A stretch of DNA of 64,000 bases from an uncultured Acidobacteriota bacterium (lineage in GTDB: Bacteria > Acidobacteriota > UBA6911 > RPQK01 > JAPXNP01), in the NCBI GenBank assembly GCA_963777605.1, contig CAVZRV010000029.1, positions 256,001 to 320,000 on the forward strand, read 5' to 3'. The translations under genes and the position numbers were made by a program. A model generated the notes under the pieces. The model saw only the letters and a program-made list of their open reading frames with translations. It was not told the DNA's origin and did no database searches. Position 1 is the stretch's first letter, and each line of letters opens with the position of its first letter. Below are positions 29,512 through 40,016 of this stretch, in pieces.

Positions 29512-31271
29512 TCAGTGACTCGGGAAAGGACTTCGCTCGTTACCAACCGGCGGTGCTGATCCAGGAAACCTCATCCGGCTCAGCAAATCCTGAAACCGGA
29601 GGTTGTTCCTCAACGGATCGTAGATCCAGAATGCCTTGAGCCAGACCAACATGATGTCCTGCTCCTGATAAGCTCTTTCAAGCCAGTCGAGAGCTTTCTT
29701 CGGACTCCCCAAGTCCGAGATATACATGGGCTGGCGCCGTGGCGGGGACCACACTGTATCCCTCCCATTTCTCAAGTTGGCTTACAACGCTTCTGGCCAG
29801 CTCGGGACACCCCGTCTTGCCGTAGATATACCCGGCAAATCCCATATAGTCAGATTGCCTCCCTTCGGCTGCGGCTACAACCCGTTCGGTCTCATTCAAC
29901 GCTTCCTCGAACTTGCCGGCCCTGTACAGAAACAGTGCCAGGAGCCAGTGGCTTTGACGAAAATCTGGTTCAATCTCAAGTCCCTGGCGGACGAGTTCAG
30001 TTGCTGCCTCAATTTCGCCGGCAAAGTGCAAAGCGAAGGCCAGCTCATTATAGGTATTGGGGGACAGGGGATCGATTTCCAGTGTTTTCCTGCCAAACTC
30101 GATGGATTCCTGTAATCGCCCAATGGCGGTGAAGAAGTTCGCATAGAAAATCCGGGCAAAAGTCGAGCCGGGGTTGAGGTCGATTCCCCGCCGAAATTCC
30201 TGGTTTGCTGCCAGCCAGTCTCTTTCAAACAATTGGTGTATTCGGGCCAAAGCGATGTGGCCCTCTGCGAGGTGTGGATCCAGCTCTAAAGCTTTTTCGG
30301 CCGCCGCCTTGGCTAGTTGGTGCGAAGCTGCGGATCGACGGAGGAATGCCAGCCTCCTAGCGCGATGTAAGCGTGGGCAAGCCCACCATAAGCCGGGGCG
30401 TATAACGGGTCGGACTCAATTGCCTGGTTGTAATACTGAATCGCCCTTCGGAATGCACCTTTTGAGAGGCGAAGAACCTGGTGATTGCCTTTTAGGTAGA
30501 GTTGATAGGCTTGCCAGTTGAATGGCCGCGTGCTTTGCGTTTTAGACTGCCCAGGGCGCAACACCGAGCCGATCTCATGGGCAATCGATTCCGCAACGCT
30601 ACGCTGCAAAACCAACACGTCTTCCAGGTTGCGGACATAGCTCTGGGCCCACAGATGCTCATCACGAAGCCCATCCAAGAGCTGAACCTCGACTCGCACC
30701 TGTGTTCCTACCCTGAGCACAGATCCCTCGACGATCACGTCTACTCTCAGTTCACGTGCAATCTCCGGGATCGACTTGCCACTCTTTTGAATTCGGGCTG
30801 CTGATGTCCGGGAGATTACTCTGAGATCAGTAAGCCGTGAAAGGTCGGTTATGATCGCATCTGTCATCCCCGACACAAAGTAATCTTGTTCCGGATCGTT
30901 CATCAGGTTTTCCAAAGGCAGGACAGCGATGGACATGGTTTGAGCGTCCGAGGTAGTGACCTGGGCGAGCACTCGATAACCACGTTTGGGAACCGTCTCG
31001 ATAAAGGATGGAGACTTGGCGTTATCGCCGAAGGATTTGCGCATTGCTCAACGATGGTCCGGATCAGGGCATCCTCAATTACAAAGGTATCCGGCCACAC
31101 GGCATCAAGGATCTCACCCTTGTTCAGGACCCTTCCGGGATGCTGGGCGAGATAGAGGAGCACATCCATCACATTTGGCTCAAGGTGCTGCGTCTCGCCT
31201 GCCCTCTGAATCTGGTTCAGTTTGGAGTGGACGACCCAATCTCCGAATCGGAATCCCTCGCCGCAGATCAT
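29512..31271 (-). CDS. winged-helix (OmpR/CadC-type) plus TolB-like N-terminal plus TPR regulator, several frameshifts
   Basis: FRFGDW...LEPNVMDVLLYLA...FIETVPKRGYR; SIAVLPLENL...VISRTS; TPRs; YDPLRNNLRFQDLL. Confidence 0.85.
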
Positions 31272-31548
31272 CGATCTCACCCTCGGAGTGAGTTGACAAT
31301 TGAGTTCAGTTTACCACTCACCAGATTATGCACACGAGAAGGTCTCTTTCCAGGTTGCTCAGCTTTCTTGGGAAGATCGTCGAATCCTCGTTAGTCCATC
31401 GGGACTTTCCGCCGAACCGGCAGTCAAATGAGTTCAACTGAGTTCTTCTTCACATCCGGGACTGGCAAGGAGTGTTTGCTGTGGCCAGTTCGACGGGGGT
31501 TGGGTGGCGGCGAGACTCAGTGTTGTGAATTTCCAGAAGGAGGGAATT

Positions 31549-32619
31549 ATGGTTGCGGTCAAATCTATCTTAAGCAGTTTTTTTTCGGTGGTCTTCCTGA
31601 TCCCATTGCTGACAAGTCCAATGGTTGCCGGTGGTGATGAAGGGGCATTGATCGTCGGCAACCTCAATATCGGTTATGACGGGAACGGAATACTACGCTA
31701 CCAGGCGTCAAACGGAGCATTCATCGACATGATGATCCCGGAAGGTACTGGAGGGGTGACCGGTTGCTGTTGTATGGCCTTTGGCCCCGACGAAAACCTG
31801 TATGTCTCCAGTCCCTTTACCGGAGAGGTCTACCGATTCAACGGTGTCACCGGAGAATTTATCGACGTTTTCGTCCCCGCGGGTAGCGGTGGCCTCACTT
31901 TTCCCATCATCACGAAGTTCGGCCCCGACGGAAATCTCTATGTAGGGGACATCTTCATCAATAACCAGATCGTTCGCTATGATGGCCGGACCGGAGAGTT
32001 CATCGATGCGTTTATTCCACCTCACAGTGGTGGGATGACCGACATCGATCCCCAAACGTTCGCTTGGGGACCGGACGGTGATCTTTACGTGTCCAGCGAG
32101 GCAACCCACAGGGTTTTGCATTTCGACGGAGTGACAGGAGCTTACTTGGGAGACTTCGTTCCCGCGAACACAGGCGGGTTGATGGGGCCTTCCGGCTTGA
32201 CGTTTGGGCCCGACGGCAACCTCTACGTGGGCAGTACTGCGACGGACCGGATTCTTCGCTTCGACGGAAGTACCGGGGAGTACCTGGGTGACTTCGTTAG
32301 TGCGGGAAGCGGAGGCCTCGACCTTCCGGTCGGCCTTGTTTTCGGGCCGGACCGGAATCTCTACGTCGCCAGCGCAAGCGATGGCTTGGGCCTGGGCAGT
32401 GTCATTCGATACGATGGTGCTACCGGAGACTTCCTGGATGTTTTTATCCCTAACGGAACTGGTGGGATCCACGGTCCGCGGACTCTTCTGTTGAAGACAA
32501 AAATCAGGATGTGTCATCGACCCCCGGGAAATTCCGAAAACGCTCGAACGATCTCAATCGGCTACCTGAATGCTTACGACCACTTGGCCCACGGCGACAC
32601 CGTCGGCCCGTGCCCTTGA
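31549..32619 (+). CDS. exported NHL/beta-propeller repeat protein
   Basis: Repeated GSGGL..P..L.FGPDGNLYV units; C-terminal CHRPPGN...HLAHGD..GPC tail. Confidence 0.88.
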   Translation: MVAVKSILSSFFSVVFLIPLLTSPMVAGGDEGALIVGNLNIGYDGNGILRYQASNGAFIDMMIPEGTGGVTGCCCMAFGPDENLYVSSPFTGEVYRFNGVTGEFIDVFVPAGSGGLTFPIITKFGPDGNLYVGDIFINNQIVRYDGRTGEFIDAFIPPHSGGMTDIDPQTFAWGPDGDLYVSSEATHRVLHFDGVTGAYLGDFVPANTGGLMGPSGLTFGPDGNLYVGSTATDRILRFDGSTGEYLGDFVSAGSGGLDLPVGLVFGPDRNLYVASASDGLGLGSVIRYDGATGDFLDVFIPNGTGGIHGPRTLLLKTKIRMCHRPPGNSENARTISIGYLNAYDHLAHGDTVGPCP

Positions 32620-32742
32620 TCCGATAGTCGGCGGACCGTTGCAACGTTCAGGTCGACAGTCGCCTGTGCCCGAGCTGCGAAAACCAGCGCGGGGGAAGTA
32701 CCTCGCAGGCTTCCCCAAGCGGAATAGGCTCGGGCACGAGCC

Positions 32743-32874
32743 TTAACCGTCCAATGCGGATGGATTTACTGACATCCTGGATTCACCGTCTTGATGTTCG
32801 AACCGAATAAGCCTGGAATTCTCCTCGGCCAGCTGCCAGCTGTGCATGATCATGGATTGAATAAACAGGCTCAT
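32743..32874 (-). pseudogene. truncated paralog of 3876-4151
   Basis: MSLFIQSMIMHSWQLAEENSRLIRFEHQDGES; upstream ~130 bp also homologous. Confidence 0.7.
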
Positions 32875-33249
32875 GCGGGTTTCTCCTGGTCAGGCTACCA
32901 GAGCAAGAAGCCGGGAAGGCCCTCTTCTTGGGCTCCGATGCCCGGATCGCTATATCTATAGCGGACCACCTCTCTCTGTGGAGCGGAAGCCAGAGAAGAA
33001 ATGTTCCTAATGGTTTCGGAGCGCAGGCCGGACCCTCTCGATTATCAGGATGCCGAGCTTGAGCCGGAGAAACAAGCTCACCGCCTTGTCGGTGGATCTC
33101 AAGAGCCCACCGCCTCGGTCCCCTGTCAAATCCCTCGCGCGTGTGCATGCGTCCTGTTCCTGTACTTAGGTAAGAGGTACAAGGGAGTAAAGGGTGTGGG
33201 GAAGAAGGAGGGGCGAGGGGAACTCTCCTTTGCCGGTGTTCCTGCGCCT

Positions 33250-33454
33250 TCACCCTCAAACCATTCTGGCCTACGGCATGAATGGCCGAGATCTTCCGAT
33301 CCAACACGGGGCCCCGGTTCGGCTCCGGGTTGAACGGCAGATCGCCTACAAGAGCATGAACTACGTGCACCGCATCGTCGTAACGGACGAGTTCGAGGAC
33401 GGCGGCGAGAATGGGAACATCCAGAACGGGTGGGCTTGGTACACAGGGATTTGA
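33250..33454 (+). pseudogene. molybdopterin oxidoreductase (MsrP/sulfite oxidase family) C-terminal fragment
   Basis: LHPQTILAYGMNGRDLPIQHGAPVRLRVERQIAYKS. Confidence 0.8.
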
Positions 33455-33573
33455 TCACCGCTTCAATCCTGTTCAACGTCGGCACGTCAGGAGCGGAGTT
33501 ATCGGGTTGTTGGAAGCCGTCTGTGAGTTGATTGATGGCTAAATCGGTCCCGGAGCGGTAATTCTGAACTCTG

Positions 33574-35112
33574 CTACTCCGATCCGGTGGAAGGTAGATT
33601 GAAGCTTATCTTCATTTCGGAAATGCAGGAAGCATCTGGTGCATGTGAGGGATCCTTGAGAAACTGCAGTGCCAATGACGCGGGGCACGGACCTTGGAAT
33701 GTGGGTGAGTGCCCAAAACCTGGGATCTCATAAACGTAGCTGTTGCTCAGCGTCTGCGCGGCCGTGGCTGACCAGGCCGGAGGAGTCATACTGTCCAGCT
33801 GTCCAGCTATGATCAGGGTAGGCAGGTCACTCTCGACCGGGATCCGCGTTTGCGGGGCAATTGGCTCAATGTCCCAGACCGCGCAGTTCTTGATCATCGC
33901 CCTCGGTCCCCAACTCATGTCGGCAAGGGCCTTTTCAAAGGCGGGGAAACGCCCATCCAGGAGTATGTCCTCTTCGTTCAGGGTATTGAACTCACTGCAC
34001 ATTGCCGATTGCCCGAGTCCGTGAGCGAAGTCTCCGGGAGGTGGCATCGCGGCCCAAGCCAAGGACTTCAGCACTTGGTAGTCCTTTTGCTCCAGCCGGT
34101 AGATCAAGCCGGGCATTGCCGGGATCATGGGAGTCTGAGAATTTGCCATGAAGAGCATCTCGGCCAGACGATCCCCATTTATCACGATTTCGAGTGTGCC
34201 GCCGGTTCGGGGGTCTTGAGCCGAGACGGTGACCGGTTCCTCATTCAGATTGGAGATCACACTATCAAAACCTGCCTCCAAACCCGGATAGGCCGGAGAG
34301 CAATCTGCATCATCTGCGCAGGACTCAAGAAGTAAATGGAGGGACCTGGATCCGTTGGATGGATTTTCGGCTTGAAGGGTCTTTCTGCCGAGCGGGGCCG
34401 TGGAATCGATGATGACACTCTTTAGCCTGCCAGGATAGGCCCGCATCACGTGCTGAGCCACGATAGTGCCCGCAGACGTTCCATAAATACTGAATCGCTC
34501 ATAATCCAGAGCAGTCATCACCATCGCCATATCGGAGGCGGTTTCGGCGAAGTTGAATGCATTAAGCTCGATTCCCTCGGATTGGAGACGGTCCCGGCAG
34601 GCTCGAACGCTTTCCGTCTGCAGCGCCAATGTTTCTTCGCCGGATATGTCCTCTTGCAGTCGGTCGAACGCAGCATCCACGATTTCTGGGCAAAGAAGAG
34701 CTGGTTCCGACAAGGGCAGCCCGCGATTCTCTATCAACACGACATCCATCAACTCCCTGAGAGGTTTGCCCAGCCCTGACGCGATCTCGGGTCCGATATT
34801 CCCGATCGCCGAAGTGCCCGGGCCGGGAGGGGCGATTACCAGCGGCCCCAGGGAGGAGGTTTCGTCGAACCTCGGGAAAATGGCCACAGCCAGTCGAAGG
34901 GTCCTCCCGTCAGATTTGCCGTGAAACTCGGGGACTCTCACATACCCGCACTTCACCGCGGCAGCCGCATCATCAGCCTCCGGAAATTGGACGGGACAGG
35001 GGGCCTCTTGGAAAACCCCAACCTGGATTGCCGGATTCTCCGCTTGAGGTTGCCCGGAACATGAAGCCGCGATGAACGCGGCTAAGAACGCAGCACCATG
35101 TTTGCCCCCCAT
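33574..35112 (-). CDS. alpha/beta hydrolase, TAP-like peptidase (probable lipoprotein)
   Basis: CGYVRVPE, PGPG, YGTSAGT nucleophile elbow, GQLDSMTP, GFGHS. Confidence 0.88.
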   Translation of the reverse strand: MGGKHGAAFLAAFIAASCSGQPQAENPAIQVGVFQEAPCPVQFPEADDAAAAVKCGYVRVPEFHGKSDGRTLRLAVAIFPRFDETSSLGPLVIAPPGPGTSAIGNIGPEIASGLGKPLRELMDVVLIENRGLPLSEPALLCPEIVDAAFDRLQEDISGEETLALQTESVRACRDRLQSEGIELNAFNFAETASDMAMVMTALDYERFSIYGTSAGTIVAQHVMRAYPGRLKSVIIDSTAPLGRKTLQAENPSNGSRSLHLLLESCADDADCSPAYPGLEAGFDSVISNLNEEPVTVSAQDPRTGGTLEIVINGDRLAEMLFMANSQTPMIPAMPGLIYRLEQKDYQVLKSLAWAAMPPPGDFAHGLGQSAMCSEFNTLNEEDILLDGRFPAFEKALADMSWGPRAMIKNCAVWDIEPIAPQTRIPVESDLPTLIIAGQLDSMTPPAWSATAAQTLSNSYVYEIPGFGHSPTFQGPCPASLALQFLKDPSHAPDASCISEMKISFNLPSTGSE

Positions 35113-35409
35113 AAAGCCTCCCCGTGATGTTGAGCCATTGGACACCGGCTCTGTACTTCAAAGTATTAAGACTTTGGGGCTGATTGTCTACGGACCCGGT
35201 CCCCGAGTAAAACTTATTCCTGCCATCACGGGACGTATGTAGTTCAGTGCCGGCCGGCAACCGGTTCCTCCCGATGATCGTGCGCCAACGGAGCCCCTCC
35301 TCAGTCGTTCCTGCCCGCTCTTAACAGAAAGACCCAGTACCTCCCCTTCTTGCTGAAATGGCGGTGAGGCTATTCGCCAGGAGTCGCGTGAACCTCAATT
35401 TGTCGCCCA

Positions 35410-38400
35410 TCATCGGGCCGCTCCGCCCTTCCAGATCGCGCCAAATCCAAGATCCCACAGCTTCTTGTTGAGCGCCGGAATGTCCTTGGCCAACATGTCG
35501 TCGGACCGCTTCTTCAATGCCGACCACTCGGCCGTGAGCTCGTCGAGCCGGTCGAGCGACGGTTGATTGACCCGCGGCAGATCGCTTTCCGTCTGGTTGA
35601 TCAGGAACAGGTAATTGGCCGTGAACTTGTTGGGGAAATTCTCCACGTCGTCATAGGCTTTGGACCTGCGTTGGACCATGTCCTCGTCCCACGCCTTCAG
35701 CTTCTTCAGCAGTTCGTCGCCGTCGCGCTTGACGGCGGCGAACTTGTCACCGGCGGGCATCGACTTCAGGATCGATTCGATCTGCGTCTGCTTCTCGTAG
35801 AGGCTGTTCACCGTCTTGTGCATTTCGGCGACCGCGCGTTCCATCCGGGACATGATCGCGTCGTATTCCTGGTACTGCGCGGGGGTGGTCGGATACAGCG
35901 GATTGGCAAGGATCTCCGCCTGCGTCGCCACCGTCTGGCCGCCCATCTTCAATGTGAAGTGGTACATGCCCGGCACGGCTTTGTGACCGTCATAGGCCGC
36001 TTCGATGTACACGCCGGGCACGCCGGGGATCGTCGGGTAGCGCATGTTCCAGACGAAACGATTCAACCCCGCGGACTTCGACAGCACGGGATCCGCCGAC
36101 GGACCACCGTCCCATTTCTTGAAGTCCTCCACCTTCTTCGATGAGAAGGCGCGAACCGTCCTGCCCTGCGCGTCCGTGACCTCGAGCGTGATGTCGTCGG
36201 TCTTCTTCAGTTCCGGCAAGTGGTAATAGAGGACGATGCCGTTCGCGGGATTGACGCCGCGGGTCTTGTTGGCGCCCGTAAACTCTTCGTCCGAGTCATT
36301 CAGCTCGCTGCCCCCGTTGGCCAGATACGCGTCGGCCGGCTTGTAGATCGAGAAGGCGGGCGTGTCCGGCTTGTACTGGCGGATCAGTGACAGGTCGTCG
36401 AGGATCCAGAAGGCCCGGCCCGACGTGGCCGCGATCAGGTTGCCGTTGTAGACCTTCAGATCGTTGACCGGCGTGATCGGCAGATTCAGCTGGAACGATG
36501 ACCAGTTCGCGCCGCCGTTCCAGGAAATGAAGATGCCGCGCTCGGTCCCCGCGAAGAGCAGATCGCGCCGGACGTCATCTTCACGAACCACCCGGGTGAA
36601 CGCGTTGGCGGGAATACCGTTGTCGATCTTAGTCCACGTGGCGCCGTAGTCGGTGGTCTTGTAGAGACCCGGCCGGTGATCGTTGAACTTGTACCGCGTG
36701 GTGGCGATGTAGGCGGTCGCCTTATCGAACGGTGACACCTCGATCGCGTTGATCAGGCACTCGGCGAGGCCGTTCGGCGTGACATTCTTCCACGTCGCAC
36801 CGCCGTCACGCGTCAACTGCACCAACCCGTCGTCGCTGCCCGTCCAGATCACGCCTGTTTCGAGCGGTGATTCCTCGATGTAGGCGAGCGTGCCGTAGTT
36901 CTCCGCGCCGACCTCTTCGTTGGTGTACGGAACGCCGGCCCTGCCCTGTTTGTCCTTTTCGTTGCGGGTGAGATCCGGCGACACTTCCTTCCACGTCTTG
37001 CCCATGTCTGTGGTCTTCAGCACGTACTGGGCGCCGTGATAGTAGGTGTTCGGCTCGTGCTGGCTCCGGATGATGGGCGCGTTCCAGTTGTAGCGGTACT
37101 TCATGTCCTTGGCGTCCATGCCGAGGTACTGGATCGGCGCTGGCATGATGTTCGTGCCGGCCTTCGCCTGGGTGTCGATGACCTCGATCGTGCCTTCGTA
37201 GCTGCCGCCCATCACAAACCGTGGATTGTCGGGGTCGAAGGCCAGAAACGCGCTCTCGCCGCCGGCCGACGACGTCCAGTTGTCGGTGCTGATGCCGCGG
37301 GCGCCGAGCGCGCGGCTGGCGATCGAGACCGACGTGTTGTCCTGTTGCCCGCCGTAGATGCGGTAAGGGAACTGGTTGTCGACGTTGATGCGGTAGAACT
37401 GCCCCGTCGGCATGTTGTCCTCAGAGCTCCAGCTCTTGCCGCTGTCGAACGTGATCGCCGATCCGCCGTCGTTCGTGATGATGAAGTTGGCGGGATCGTC
37501 GGGATTGATCCACAGATCATGGAAATCACCGTGCGTGCCCGACAGCGTCTGCCAGGTCTTGCCGCCGTCGATCGAGCGCAACGCGGGCGCGCTCATGACG
37601 TAAACCGTGTTCTCGTTCTTGGGGTCGACGAAGAGCTCGATGTAGTACCACGCCCGCTGAACGAGGCGAGGCTCGTCGGTGACCTGGCTCCAGCTCTTTC
37701 CGGCGTTGGTCGAGACGTACAGACCGCGCGCGTCCTTGGTCGAATCGCTTTCGATCAGCGCGTAAACCCTTTCCGGATTCGACCGGCTGACGGCGATCGC
37801 CATCTTGCCCATCTCCTCGGGCAGCCCCTTGATCATCTTTTCCCAGGTCTCGCCGCTGTCAGTCGACTTGTAGAGGCCGCTGCCGGGTCCGCCGCTGATG
37901 ACTTTCCAGGGCAAACGGCCGTGCTCCCACATCGCCGCGTACAAGATCCTCGGGTTGTGCGCGTCCATCGAGAGTTCCGCCGCGCCGGTCTTGTCGTCGA
38001 CGTAGAGGACCTTGTTCCAGGTCGCGCCGCCGTCGGTGGACTTGAACACGCCGCGCTCGGCCGACGGACCGTACAGCGCACCCTGCGCGGCCACGTAGAC
38101 GACGTCCGGATTCCGCGGATCGACGACGATTCGGGCAATGTGCTGCGAGAGGTCAAGGCCGATCTTCTTCCAGGTCTTACCCGCGTCGGTCGACCGGTAC
38201 ATGCCGTCGCCGTCGTGCGTCATAACGCCGCGAACGGCGTGCTCACCCGTGCCGACATAGACCACGTTGGGGTCACTCTCGGCCACGGCGATCGCGCCGA
38301 TCGTTCCGGTGGTGAAATAGCCGTCCGAGACATTGCGCCAAGTGATGCCCCTGTCCTCGGTCTTCCACACGCCGCCGCCCGTCGTGCCCATGTAGTACGT

Positions 38401-38585
38401 CTTCGGGTCACCGACGACGCCGGTGCCGGCATTGGCGCGGCCGCCGCGGAACGGCCCGATCGAGCGCCACTTCACGGGCGCGAAGACGCTGTTGAGGTCA
38501 CCGGCCGCCGCTGGCGAGCCACTTGCGCGGACACGGTCAGAACGCTAACACACAGAGCACACAGGACGAGAATCTGTTTTGACAT
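35410..38585 (-). CDS. VPS10/sortilin-like BNR-repeat glycosyl hydrolase, frameshift near 38520
   Basis: [12 protein letters not shown], many S/T-x-D-x-G-x-T-W Asp-boxes; signal peptide [21 protein letters not shown] upstream in another frame. Confidence 0.88.
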
Positions 38586-39089
38586 AGAGTTCACCATACA
38601 ACCCACGATTATGAGGCACAATGGACGCTGGCGCATGATGAGATCGGCTCTCGTCCGCCTGCATTTTGAGGAATATAGGTGACACGCTCGTATTTGACTT
38701 GTAAGTCCCCGTCAATACTGAATTCCGACCGAGGTCTGGTACCAATTCCCGGGAAACTTTGTGAGGGCGTGGCTTTCCGAGTGACGCACGGTATGTTTCT
38801 TCGGAAGCCATTCGCTATGTTGATACCGTAGAGCAGTTTGCCTGGATCTTCGTTGCCGATTCCGCCGGAATCCTCGAATTGGGTGCCAGACTGCCCATGG
38901 AATCTTTTGTTTGCAAGTACTTACGATCCAGATACGTGCGTGGCACCAGTTTCCCTTGAAAATCTTCGAAGGACAGGGGGATATCTGCGGTGGTGGAAGC
39001 CACTTGGGCCTCAACTGCCCGATCCGCCTGTCAAGTCTTGGTTCAGAATTTGTTCGTATTTTGCACTTCGCAATTCGAACTTTCTTCCT

Positions 39090-39150
39090 TGTGTCCGCGG
39101 CAATCCAACTCCAACTCACTGGAAGCAAGATAGAGGGGTCTCCTCTCTGC
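39090..39150 (+). repeat. short arm-only variant (copy s3), near the right border of the accessory region
   Basis: tgtgtccgcggcaatccaactccaactcactggaagcaagatagaggggtctcctct, similar to 10034-10098 and 209-248. Confidence 0.75.
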
Positions 39151-39291
39151 CCGGTTAGGGAGAACGCTTGCCCGACTCCGAGCCATCAATGCACAATTAG
39201 CCAGGTCAACTGAGACATGAAGTGTCTTTTAAATCGGAGCCTTGAGTCCCATTTTCGCTGAAGACAAACAATTGATCCAACTTGGTGTCGT

Positions 39292-39306
39292 GAACCATAA
39301 TGGTTC
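39292..39306. promoter_or_regulatory. palindromic TA operator overlapping a -10 box
   Basis: GAACCAT-A-ATGGTTC just before ATG 39311. Confidence 0.65.
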
Positions 39307-39310
39307 CATT

Positions 39311-39550
39311 ATGGCTACTTTCACCATCAAGGGTCTGCCAGACGAGATTCATCGAAAGCTCAAGGAGAGGGCTCGACGAAACCACAGAAGCCTAAACTCC
39401 GAAGTGATTGCCTGCCTCGAAGACTCCCTGGCGAGTCGGCTGATCCGGGTGGACGAATTCCTCGCGCGCATCGATCGGATCCGCCAACAGGTCGGGGGGC
39501 ATCTCACTGACAGACAACTCGCGGAACTGAAGAGCGGCGGAAGGCCATGA
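39311..39550 (+). CDS. Arc/FitA-like ribbon-helix-helix antitoxin
   Basis: MATFTIKGLPDEIHRKLKERARRNHRSLNSEVIACL. Confidence 0.88.
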   Translation: MATFTIKGLPDEIHRKLKERARRNHRSLNSEVIACLEDSLASRLIRVDEFLARIDRIRQQVGGHLTDRQLAELKSGGRP

Positions 39551-39951
39551 TCGTCGCAGATACGAATCTCATCTCCTATCTTTTCCTGCCTGGAGACCGA
39601 ACAGCAGAGGCAGAAGAAGTTCTGAAGAAAGACCCGGATTGGAGCGCCCCGCTTCTGTGGAGATCCGAATTCCGGAACGTTCTCGCTGCCTACATGCGCC
39701 AGGACTTCCTTAGCCTTGTTACAGCGATCGGTATTATGAGAGAGGCTGAGACTCTTCTGGCGGGCAGGGAGTACGCGGTGCCGTCGGAGCGGGTGATTGA
39801 GACGGCTGACGACTGCACCTGTTCGGCTTATGACTGTGAGTTCGTCGTGCTGGCTCAGGACCTCGGCATCCGGCTCGTCACTGCCGACCAGCAAATCCTT
39901 CGCGAGTTTCCGGAGATCGCGTCGTCTCCCCGGGAGTTCGAGAGCCAATGA
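39547..39951 (+). CDS. vapC: PIN-domain VapC toxin
   Basis: MIVADTN...SEFRNVL...SAYDCEFVVLA...LVTAD. Confidence 0.9.
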   Translation: MIVADTNLISYLFLPGDRTAEAEEVLKKDPDWSAPLLWRSEFRNVLAAYMRQDFLSLVTAIGIMREAETLLAGREYAVPSERVIETADDCTCSAYDCEFVVLAQDLGIRLVTADQQILREFPEIASSPREFESQ

Positions 39952-40016
39952 ATCGACCGCTCGACAGTGTCCGGTGACATAATTCGGGTTCCTTTACAAA
40001 GAGAGTACGGACCATT

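Noticed and set aside
31340-31412. 11-bp-phased operator upstream of the NHL gene
   Set aside because: Motif and spacing too irregular to support
37036-38682. Long antisense ORFs (37036-38682, 53010-54302, 54409-55647, 48499-49782, 42232-43338)
   Set aside because: Shadows of well-supported GC-rich genes on the opposite strand, with no recognisable motifs
1-39200. Prophage or conjugative element
   Set aside because: No structural, replication, relaxase or type IV secretion genes recognised
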